Positions 1 to 7,676 of a stretch of 64,000 nucleotides of DNA are shown in pieces. The notes under the pieces are model-generated. The model did not search any database. It saw only the letters and a list, made by a program, of their open reading frames with translations, and was not told the DNA's origin. This DNA comes from Myxococcales bacterium (GTDB lineage Bacteria; Desulfobacterota; Binatia; HRBIN30). A program made the position numbers and the translations under genes. Positions within the stretch are counted from its first letter, which is position 1. Each line of letters opens with the position of its first letter. The stretch lies in assembly GCA_037445065.1 (NCBI GenBank), contig JBBILD010000005.1:32001-96000 (forward strand), given 5' to 3'.

Positions 1-1285
1 CGTCGCGTTGCGAACCGCCACAACGATTGGTCTTTGCTGCCTCACCCTGCTCTACTTTGCTGCGTTGCTTTGCAAAGAAACGGCGCTCGGTCTGCTCGCG
101 GTCTTACCCTTTCTCGACCGGACCCTCGGGCGCCCGTGGCAATGGCGACGCGAGATCCTGTTGCTCACTGCCACCGCATTCTACCTTCTTTTGCGAGCAG
201 CGAACATCGGCAGCGTGCTCGGGGGACACACGCAGGACCTCAGTCTGGACGCAACCCTCCCAGAGCTTGCTCGGGGCCTAGGGCTGTATTTGGCCCATGC
301 GTTCGTTCCTGGGCTCACGAATCCATATATGCCCGCCGTCCCTAGCTCCCCGGCCGTGGTCGTCGGCGCGATCGCGTGCCTCGCGCTGGGTGGACTGGCT
401 TGGGTGAGCGCCCCCGCAAACAAGAGACTTTTTGTTTTCTTTGCCGTTTGGTTTTTCTCTTTCCTCGGACCCGTGGCGCTGATCTTCTTTCGGAAGAGCG
501 CCACAACGCTGGTGGCGGACCGTTACCTCTACCTTCCATCCCTTGCTTCCTGCGCAGGACTGGTCTTGGCAATCACGGCCGTTATCTCTCGGCTTCCCTC
601 GCGGCCCCGCGCCTCGATTGCGCTGTGGGGCTTGCTTCTCACCGGAAGCGCCCTCGCAACTCTTTGGAAGGTCCCCGTTTGGCAGGATAACCTGTCCTTT
701 TGGTCCGCAGCTCAGGCGGCCGCTCCGCAGGACCCGATCGCAAACCGGGAACTGGGGCTAGCCGTTTTGGAGCGGGATCAGCCCAGCAAAGCCAAGCCCT
801 GGCTCGAAAAGGCGTGGAAGCTCAGCCGGACCGGGGAGGAAAAGGCCATGGCTGCCAGTAACCTAGCCTCGCTGTACCGACGGAGCGGGGACTTTGCCGC
901 TGCCGTTGCTCTCCTCCGGGATGCGATTGGATCAGCTCCACACCCCGCGCTTTTTCATAATCTCGGCATGACGCTGATGAGCGCCGCGGAACAGGCGCAA
1001 CGAGAGGGCCGCACCGCCGAAGTCGCCGCCAACGTGCTCGGTGCGCGTGACGCGTTTCAACGAGCACTCGACTTTTTGTCTTCTCCTCAGGCTTCTGCGT
1101 TCCGGCCGCTGTGGGACCCCGCCAAAACGCACTCCCTTTTGGGCCAAGTGTACTGGTCGCTCGGCCAGCGCGAGCGGGCTCGCGAGCACTTGCGCGCAGC
1201 ACTGCGACTGGCACCCACCGGACCGATCGCCGAGGCCACTCGCCGCTACTGGTCGCAAGCCTTTCCCGGAGAGGCTCTGCCCTGA
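1..1285 (+). CDS. TMTC-like multi-pass membrane protein with C-terminal TPR repeats (putative GT-C glycosyltransferase); 5' end lies outside the window
   Basis: Hydrophobic helices with LCKETA, ADRYLYLPS and WQDNLSFW motifs, then TPR-like helices (NLASLYRRSGDF, HNLGMTL, HSLLGQVYWSLGQ). The frame is open from the window edge. Confidence 0.7.
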   Translation, partial: VALRTATTIGLCCLTLLYFAALLCKETALGLLAVLPFLDRTLGRPWQWRREILLLTATAFYLLLRAANIGSVLGGHTQDLSLDATLPELARGLGLYLAHAFVPGLTNPYMPAVPSSPAVVVGAIACLALGGLAWVSAPANKRLFVFFAVWFFSFLGPVALIFFRKSATTLVADRYLYLPSLASCAGLVLAITAVISRLPSRPRASIALWGLLLTGSALATLWKVPVWQDNLSFWSAAQAAAPQDPIANRELGLAVLERDQPSKAKPWLEKAWKLSRTGEEKAMAASNLASLYRRSGDFAAAVALLRDAIGSAPHPALFHNLGMTLMSAAEQAQREGRTAEVAANVLGARDAFQRALDFLSSPQASAFRPLWDPAKTHSLLGQVYWSLGQRERAREHLRAALRLAPTGPIAEATRRYWSQAFPGEALP

Positions 1286-1731
1286 CACGCCAGCAGCAAG
1301 CGCTACATTTCAGTGTGAGACAGGTCTCAGGACCCAGCGAGCTCGCACTTGCGCTCTTCGTTCGCCGCCGTGTCTTCGTTGATGAGCAACGCATCCCCTA
1401 TGGGATCGAATTCGATACCGCAGACTGCGCCGCCCTTCATGCGCTGGCTTTGCGTGGAACGATGCCGATCGGCACAAGCCGCCTCCTCCTCACTGGGAAA
1501 AGTGCTCGAATCGGCCGTCTCGCTGTTCTGCCAACTGCGCGCCAGCTCGGCGTCGGTACGGCGATCCTCCAATTCTTGCTGCAACTCGGCCGGCGACACG
1601 GCGCAACGCACTTCCTCCTGCACGCCCAGCTCCCCACCTTGCCACTGTACTTGAGAGCAGGTTTTCACGTCACGAGCTCGGTCTTCTGGGAGGATGGCCT
1701 GCCTCACTGCCGCCTCGAGCGCACCGATTGA
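1282..1731 (+). CDS. GNAT family N-acetyltransferase (YjcF/ElaA-like)
   Basis: RRRVFVDEQ, ARIGRLAVLPTARQLGVG (acetyl-CoA motif A), LHAQ and LYLRAGF. The start is uncertain (CTG 1282 or GTG 1315). Confidence 0.85.
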   Translation: MTRQQQALHFSVRQVSGPSELALALFVRRRVFVDEQRIPYGIEFDTADCAALHALALRGTMPIGTSRLLLTGKSARIGRLAVLPTARQLGVGTAILQFLLQLGRRHGATHFLLHAQLPTLPLYLRAGFHVTSSVFWEDGLPHCRLERTD

Positions 1732-1756
1732 CTCACGAGCCAAAATTTCCTACTTG
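1728..1756 (+). promoter_or_regulatory. Putative sigma70 promoter of the iron operon
   Basis: TTGACT (1728-1733), 17-nt spacer, TACTTG (1751-1756). The -10 element is imperfect. Confidence 0.45.
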
Positions 1757-1766
1757 CAGGGAAACA

Positions 1767-1781
1767 TGAAAATGAGTTTCA
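1767..1781. promoter_or_regulatory. Fur-box-like 7-1-7 inverted repeat
   Basis: TGAAAAT-G-AGTTTCA is one mismatch from a perfect palindrome. It is an AT-rich island in GC-rich DNA, just downstream of the putative promoter and upstream of an operon ending in bfd-bfr. Confidence 0.65.
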
Positions 1782-1855
1782 AAATCGTAGGTGGCCCGCG
1801 CGGGGCTTTTGCCGGCGGAGAACAACACACCAAACCGTTGCGGAAGGGAGGACGT

Positions 1856-3235
1856 ATGCGACTTGCTTGTTGGGTGGTTGCACTGTTCGTGCTGGTCGGT
1901 GGATGGAGTCCACCTGCAGAGGGCCAATCCGGCTCAGGAAAGGACACCCTCAAGGAACTCCGTGAGGAGCAGGAGAGACTGCGTCGCGAACTGGAACGAC
2001 TCAAGCAGCAACTGGGTACACAGCGGGATGAGCAGAAACGGCTCCAGGAAATCGAGCGCAAGCAGACGATTGTCACGGACGAATTGCGGCGCTTGCGCGA
2101 AGCCTTTGTGCTTCCCGAAACCCGAGAGCTCAAGAGCTACTACGGTCTCGGCCCGGCGGCTTCGAAGGTGTACGGGCTCGAGCGCGGCCTCTCGATTGGT
2201 GGTTACGGAGAAGCGAATTTGCGAAGCGTCGTCGGCAATAAGGGTAGCGACAACGACGTGTTCGACTTTTTGCGCTTGGTTCTGTACGTCGGGTACAAGT
2301 TCAACGATTGGATCGTGTTCAACTCGGAAACGGAGTTCGAACATGCATCCACAGGCGAGAGTGGAGAAGTCTCGGTAGAGTTCGCCAATCTTGACTTCTT
2401 TCTTCATCAGATGGCGAACGTCCGCTTCGGCCTTGTGCTGGTACCGATGGGCTTCATCAACGAAGTGCACGAACCGCCGTTCTTCTTTGGGAACGTGCGC
2501 CCGCCAGTCGAGACGGTACTTTTGCCATCCACATGGCGGGCCAATGGGCTCGGGTTCTTCGGCGAAATCTTCCCCGGCCTCACCTACCGCACCTACGGCA
2601 TTACGAGCCTCGATGCAGCAGGGTTCCGCTCAAGCGGGATTCGAGGCGGCAGGCAGAGTGGCAGCCTAGAGCGGGCGGAGGATTTTTCCTGGGTCGGCCG
2701 CCTCGACTATTCGTTTCTACCCTCCTCATTCGTGGGCGTGTCTGCTTACGTCGGCGATCAAGGGCAAGGCCGTCTCTACGGACCGTCGGGATTACAAGAC
2801 GATGTCGGGGTTTTTACGCAAATCTACGAGGGCCACTTCCAACTTCGTTATCAGGGACTGGAGTTTCGCGCTTTAGGGACGGTAACCCTGCTCGACAACG
2901 CAACTCGCCTGAGCCTCGACCCGAGTATTAACCAACCAATCGGAAACCGGATGCTCGGCTATTACGCGGAGATCGGCTACGACATCTTGCCGCTGATCCT
3001 GCCCGGAACGACGCAATACCTCGCGCCTTGGTTCCGTTACTCGCACACGGACACGCAACAGAGCGTACCCTCGGGCCTAAGCGCGGACAATCGCCAGAAC
3101 CGCGACTACTTCGAAGCGGGATTGCAGTACAAACCCATCCCGCAGGTGGTGGTCAAACTCGACTACCGGAATCTGGACGCCGAGACTGGCACTCTTCCAG
3201 ACGAAATTCGCATCGGCGCTGGATTTGTTTTCTAA
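1856..3235 (+). CDS. Outer-membrane beta-barrel/porin-like protein with N-terminal coiled coil
   Basis: RBS GGAGG before ATG 1856, signal peptide, E/R/K/Q heptad-rich segment, alternating aromatic beta-strands (SIGGYGE, FNSETEFEH, EAGLQYKP) and C-terminal Phe (GAGFVF). Confidence 0.75.
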   Translation: MRLACWVVALFVLVGGWSPPAEGQSGSGKDTLKELREEQERLRRELERLKQQLGTQRDEQKRLQEIERKQTIVTDELRRLREAFVLPETRELKSYYGLGPAASKVYGLERGLSIGGYGEANLRSVVGNKGSDNDVFDFLRLVLYVGYKFNDWIVFNSETEFEHASTGESGEVSVEFANLDFFLHQMANVRFGLVLVPMGFINEVHEPPFFFGNVRPPVETVLLPSTWRANGLGFFGEIFPGLTYRTYGITSLDAAGFRSSGIRGGRQSGSLERAEDFSWVGRLDYSFLPSSFVGVSAYVGDQGQGRLYGPSGLQDDVGVFTQIYEGHFQLRYQGLEFRALGTVTLLDNATRLSLDPSINQPIGNRMLGYYAEIGYDILPLILPGTTQYLAPWFRYSHTDTQQSVPSGLSADNRQNRDYFEAGLQYKPIPQVVVKLDYRNLDAETGTLPDEIRIGAGFVF

Positions 3236-3238
3236 GTC

Positions 3239-3799
3239 ATGGAGCCTTTCCGCCGATCGCGGCTGCTCGAGGTGGTTCTGTTGGGGAGCTGGCTTACCGC
3301 CAGCTCCCCATTCCTGGTTTCGGCCGGTGTGCTGCACTCGCGTGATGAAGCACTCGCCATCGCCTTCCCAGACGCGGAGGAGATTCGGCCTCTCGACTTT
3401 TACTTGACGCCGGAGCAAAAGTCCGAAATCGAGCGCATTGCGGCAGCTAGCGTCGAATCGAATCTCATCACGGTGTACGCTGGACAGCGTAACGGTGCGC
3501 CCGCTGGCTACGCCTTTTTCGATACACACATCGTGCGTACACTGCCAGAAACGTTGCTCATTGTGCTTTCCCCGCGCGGAGAGGTAACGGGCGTTCATTT
3601 GCTCGCCTTCTACGAACCTCCCGAGTACGCACCACCGCAAGCTTGGTTCGAAAAATTCCGAGGTTGGAGCATGCCGGAGTCGGGCAATGCTCCACCAGAG
3701 GTAGCAGCGATCGCTGGTTCGACATTGTCGTCGCGAGCAGCCAATGCAGCGGTGCGCCGCGCCTTGGCAGTCTACCAAGTGCTGCTACGGCGGAGGTGA
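3239..3799 (+). CDS. Exported FMN-binding domain protein (RnfG/NqrC-type flavinylation substrate)
   Basis: Signal-like N-terminus and C-terminal AAIAGSTLSSRA, resembling the DxxSGAT flavinylation loop. It is in the same operon as apbE. Confidence 0.75.
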   Translation: MEPFRRSRLLEVVLLGSWLTASSPFLVSAGVLHSRDEALAIAFPDAEEIRPLDFYLTPEQKSEIERIAAASVESNLITVYAGQRNGAPAGYAFFDTHIVRTLPETLLIVLSPRGEVTGVHLLAFYEPPEYAPPQAWFEKFRGWSMPESGNAPPEVAAIAGSTLSSRAANAAVRRALAVYQVLLRRR

Positions 3800-3802
3800 G
3801 CG

Positions 3803-4327
3803 GTGCGCTTCGTGATCTCCGGGGAATGGACGCGCAACCGACTACTACGGGTCATCGTGTGGTGCTTCCTCGCTTACACCTTCGTGCTCTGGCTCACGAA
3901 CTTCGGATTGTACTTCAGTAAAATGGGCCTCAGCCCCAGCTCCGTTGCAAGCTATTACCGTGGCAACCAAGAACTGTTCCTGCAACCGAGATCGCTCCTC
4001 GGCCTCCTAGAGCAGCTTCACTTTCACAGTTTCGCCATGGGGATCTTGCTGCTCACCCTGACCCACCTCTTGCTTTTCGTTCCCATCTCGCTGTCCACAA
4101 AGGCCTGGGGCATTGCCGTCAGCTTCGCTTCGGCGCTTCTTGGAGAGGTTTCCGGCTGGGCCATCCGCTTCGTTCATCCTTCATTCGCTTATCTCAAAGT
4201 AGCTTCGTTCCTAGCACTACAGGGAACCTTGCTGTGGCTCATGGTGTGCGTGGCACGAGCGCTGTTCAGCCGCGCCCCGAGCGCGTATCCCGGTCGTGGG
4301 GCACCGCCGACATGGCCTGTCGAGTGA
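3803..4327 (+). CDS. Hypothetical 4-TM inner-membrane protein with His residues (possible heme b protein)
   Basis: Four hydrophobic segments; His73, His75 and His88 lie in or near helix 2. It is spaced 3 nt from the upstream gene and overlaps apbE. Confidence 0.7.
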   Translation: MRFVISGEWTRNRLLRVIVWCFLAYTFVLWLTNFGLYFSKMGLSPSSVASYYRGNQELFLQPRSLLGLLEQLHFHSFAMGILLLTLTHLLLFVPISLSTKAWGIAVSFASALLGEVSGWAIRFVHPSFAYLKVASFLALQGTLLWLMVCVARALFSRAPSAYPGRGAPPTWPVE

Positions 4328-5286
4328 TCCTCATGTTCGCCGCGGTATGTTTGTGTGCGCCGCACCTCGGTCAAGCGGCGAGCGCGCGCACAGGAGGTTT
4401 GGTGATGGGCACCATCCTCGACGTCGAAATCGAAGCTGCGACGCTGTCCGAGGCCCGTGACCTCGGTGCCCTCGCCCTTACCGTGGCCCGCCACTGGGAT
4501 GATGTGTTGAGCACCTGGAAAGCAGAGGCAGAGCTCGAACGGCTAAACCGACATGCGGGGACTTGGGTGCAACTCAGCTCTGACCTAGCGTGGGCAATCG
4601 AGCAAATGCGCGCCCTCTCGATCCAGACCCAAAATGCCTTCAATCCGTGCGTGGGGAGGTTTGTGCTTGGGCCAGCGTCGCATCCCACGCCGCCGCTCAT
4701 CCCCGAGTTGGGGAACGCCCTGGGCCTCCTGCAAGGAGCCGCGCGCGTGTCTGAGGATTGTCGCCTCGACGCTGGGGGAATCGGCAAAGGCATCGCACTG
4801 GATGCCATCGCTTCGGTTCTTTTGGCTCGCGGGGCACGGACCATCTTCCTCAACTTTGGGGGTTCGAGCCAAACGTTCGTATCGCGCAGCCCTGGGGCGC
4901 GCGTGGCGGTGGCACTGCCCCGCCTCAGCTCGAACGGATCCGCGGGAATCCTGTGGCTTCGCCAAGGGGCCGTTGGGACTTCACGTACCCCCGCCGAAGC
5001 GAGTTCCGGTGAGATTATAGACCCGCGTTCGGGCCAACCCGTCCAAGAAGCCCGCATGGCGACGGTCTGTGCCGCCAGCGCAGCAGAAGCAGACGCTTGG
5101 TCAACGGCAATCGTCGTTCTTGGGGACCAGGGCGTAGAGCTCGCGCAACGCGCCGGAATTTATGCCGTATTTCAGGACATGAGCACGTGGCGGGTTGGTG
5201 CACCTTTTTCTGACCGCGCCGCGACGGATCAAGCCGCTCCTCTTTTTGAGTGCGAATTCCAAGGATTCACAGGGGACCCCTCATGA
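4324..5286 (+). CDS. apbE: FAD:protein FMN transferase (ApbE family), divergent
   Basis: MGT, LDAGGIGKG, NFGG, IIDPRSG and ADAWSTA motifs. The GTG start overlaps the upstream TGA. Confidence 0.85.
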   Translation: MILMFAAVCLCAPHLGQAASARTGGLVMGTILDVEIEAATLSEARDLGALALTVARHWDDVLSTWKAEAELERLNRHAGTWVQLSSDLAWAIEQMRALSIQTQNAFNPCVGRFVLGPASHPTPPLIPELGNALGLLQGAARVSEDCRLDAGGIGKGIALDAIASVLLARGARTIFLNFGGSSQTFVSRSPGARVAVALPRLSSNGSAGILWLRQGAVGTSRTPAEASSGEIIDPRSGQPVQEARMATVCAASAAEADAWSTAIVVLGDQGVELAQRAGIYAVFQDMSTWRVGAPFSDRAATDQAAPLFECEFQGFTGDPS

Positions 5287-5525
5287 TCGTCTGCTTTTGC
5301 CACCGCCTTACCGAGGCGGACGTTGCGCGCTTCCGCTCGCTGGGTATCCGCGACTGGAAGAGCTTGGCTCGCCTCACCAAAGCGGGGAGCCGGTGCCGGC
5401 CCTGCCGCAGGGAGCTTGTCCGACTTCTCTCCCCCCAAAACAGCATCTCAAGCGGGGAGCAGCAGCTTGACTGCCTTCTCGAGAACCTGCAGAAGGATCA
5501 CCAAGTGGAGGCGGCGAAACCGTGA
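5283..5525 (+). CDS. bfd: Bacterioferritin-associated [2Fe-2S] ferredoxin
   Basis: MIVCFCH...AGSRCRPC (CxC...CxxC) directly upstream of bfr, with an ATGA overlap. Confidence 0.85.
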   Translation: MIVCFCHRLTEADVARFRSLGIRDWKSLARLTKAGSRCRPCRRELVRLLSPQNSISSGEQQLDCLLENLQKDHQVEAAKP

Positions 5526-5992
5526 AAGGGAATCCGAAGCTCATCGAGCTGCTCAATGAGGTACTCACCGGCGAACTGACCAGCATCAATCAGTACTTTG
5601 TGCATGCGAAAATGTGCGAGAACTGGGGCTACCACCGCTTGTACGAGAGGATCCGGAAAGAATCGATTGACGAAATGAGACACGCTGATGAACTCATCGA
5701 GCGGATTCTCTTCCTCGACGGTGTACCGAACGTGCAAAGGCTGGGGAAAGTGCGCGTGGGAGAGACCGTACCCGAGCAGCTCAAGCTCGATCTCGCACTC
5801 GAGAAAGAAGCAGTGACTCGCCTAAACCAAGCGATTGCCTTGGCAGTGGAAGTAGGCGACAACGGCACGAGACACCTGCTCGAGTCACTGCTGAAAAGCG
5901 AGGAAGAACACATCGAGTGGCTTGAAGCGCAGCTCACGCTTCTCGAACAAGTTGGAGAGAAAAATTACTTGGCGCAGCAAATCCGTGATTAA
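5522..5992 (+). CDS. bfr: Bacterioferritin
   Basis: MKG...[28 protein letters not shown] (heme Met52), [11 protein letters not shown] and EEEHIEWLE. Confidence 0.97.
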   Translation: MKGNPKLIELLNEVLTGELTSINQYFVHAKMCENWGYHRLYERIRKESIDEMRHADELIERILFLDGVPNVQRLGKVRVGETVPEQLKLDLALEKEAVTRLNQAIALAVEVGDNGTRHLLESLLKSEEEHIEWLEAQLTLLEQVGEKNYLAQQIRD

Positions 5993-6002
5993 CACTGGCG
6001 GT

Positions 6003-6524
6003 ATGCCGGTATTCACCTGCACGGTACCCTGTCCAGCTGGAGCCCTAATCGTTTCGGCCACACCCGTTTCGATCATCGCCGTCCACTGGTGCTCAGAGGA
6101 AGTGGGAGAATCGCCAGTTTCGCACTCCTCATGCGAGGGAGCGTCCAGCCCGAATCCCGTCCTTCTGCAGCGGGCCAGTGAAGAACTTCGTGAGTACCTC
6201 GCTTCTGCGCGCACCCGGTTCACGGTTCCCTGGTCCGTAAGCGGCACTCCGTTTCAGACGAAGGTATGGGAGGCCCTGTCCCGTGTGCCCTATGGGGCTA
6301 CGTGGAGTTACCGTGAACTGGCACAGGCCGTCGGCGCACCACGAGCGGTGCGGGCAGTGGCCAACGCAGTCGCTGCCAATCCCATCGCCATTATCCTTCC
6401 CTGCCATCGAATCGTGTGTTCGGACGGCACCTTGGGCGGCTACGCTGGGGGTGTGGCTCGCAAGCAATGGCTCTTGGACATGGAACGAAACCGACCCGTT
6501 CAGACGGCGAGTTCTTCCTCTTGA
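6003..6524 (+). CDS. ogt: Methylated-DNA--protein-cysteine methyltransferase
   Basis: GTPFQTKVW, PYGATWSY, RAVANA, PCHR active site and GGYAGG. Confidence 0.93.
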   Translation: MPVFTCTVPCPAGALIVSATPVSIIAVHWCSEEVGESPVSHSSCEGASSPNPVLLQRASEELREYLASARTRFTVPWSVSGTPFQTKVWEALSRVPYGATWSYRELAQAVGAPRAVRAVANAVAANPIAIILPCHRIVCSDGTLGGYAGGVARKQWLLDMERNRPVQTASSSS

Positions 6525-7426
6525 CCCAATGCGGCTGGCCCGCCACGGCGCCGGCCTTGTAGCGCTAACACCAGCAGGGTCAAAACGTACGGAAAAGCCA
6601 GCGACAACTGATAAGGGACTGCCCAACCGAGGGCCTGAACGTGGAACTGCAAGGCGGTCGCGAGACCGAACAGCAGAGCGCCACCGGCGATTGCAGAGGG
6701 GCGCCATCCGCCAAAGATGACCAAAGCTAGGGCGATGAACCCGCGACCGGCTGACATCCCTTCGATAAACGTGCGCGTGTACGCCAACACCAAATAAGCG
6801 CCGGCCAACCCTGCCAACGCCGCCCCAGCCACCACTGCTAGCACGCGTACCCGCGCCACGTTTACCCCCAAGGCCTTGGCTGCGGAAGGATTCTCCCCTG
6901 CCATGCGGCAGCGCAGGCCAGGGAGCGTGCGAAACAAAAACCAGCTCACTATGGGAATGAGAGCGAAAGCCAAGTAGCCGACCCATGGCTGATCGAAGAC
7001 AGCTCGCCCGAGCACGGGCAGCGTGGTAAGTCCTGGCACCGGTACAGACCCAAAACCCGGCACAACCAGTGCAGCGCCCGTGACACCGAACACAGCGCGG
7101 TAAACGACGCCGCTCGCCCCGAAGGCCAGCAGGTTTAACGCCGTTCCCGCAACAATCTGGTTTGCCCCCACACCAACGACCACGATCCCAAAGATCAGCC
7201 CGCAACATGCGCTGGTCGCGATCGCCGCAAGGAGCCCCCAACTGGGCGTCCCAGAGTGGAAGGCCGCAACGGCAGCGGCCAACGCACCAAGAAGAACGAG
7301 CCCCTCCACCCCTACGTTGATCACTCCGCTCCGTTCGACGATCAGTTCCCCCAGGGCGGCGAGCAACAAAGGGATTGCCATCACCACGGCCGTTTGCAGC
7401 AGGCTGCCGAGGAGCGTCGAGTCCAT
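6500..7426 (-). CDS. ABC transporter permease (nucleoside/simple-sugar type, BPD_transp_2)
   Basis: PLLLAALGELIVERSGVINVGVEG, GENPSAAKALGVNV and GRGFIALALVIFGGW. Confidence 0.9.
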   Translation of the reverse strand: MDSTLLGSLLQTAVVMAIPLLLAALGELIVERSGVINVGVEGLVLLGALAAAVAAFHSGTPSWGLLAAIATSACCGLIFGIVVVGVGANQIVAGTALNLLAFGASGVVYRAVFGVTGAALVVPGFGSVPVPGLTTLPVLGRAVFDQPWVGYLAFALIPIVSWFLFRTLPGLRCRMAGENPSAAKALGVNVARVRVLAVVAGAALAGLAGAYLVLAYTRTFIEGMSAGRGFIALALVIFGGWRPSAIAGGALLFGLATALQFHVQALGWAVPYQLSLAFPYVLTLLVLALQGRRRGGPAALGQEEELAV

Positions 7427-7676
7427 ACCGTGCCCGGTGATTAACTGCCTTCCGCAGGCCAGGCCAGAGTGCGCAGACCACCGTAGAGCTGTTCTGTCCA
7501 CCACAGGGCAGGTACGAGGCCTCGCGGCTTGCGCATACCGCCAGGCCTGCATCGGAACGGGGAATCTTCGATCAAAGGCACGCAGCCCAAGCTTGGCAGG
7601 TCAGCAGAACTGGGATAGACGACGTTGCTTCCAGCGCGAAGCGTTGGAGGCACGTGTGGAGGTTTGGCCCGAACGT

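Noticed and set aside
7470..7525. Purine-riboswitch-like words (CTCGTA...CTCTAC) on the minus strand upstream of the permease
   Set aside because: The 3' strand of P1 and the conserved loop sequences are missing.
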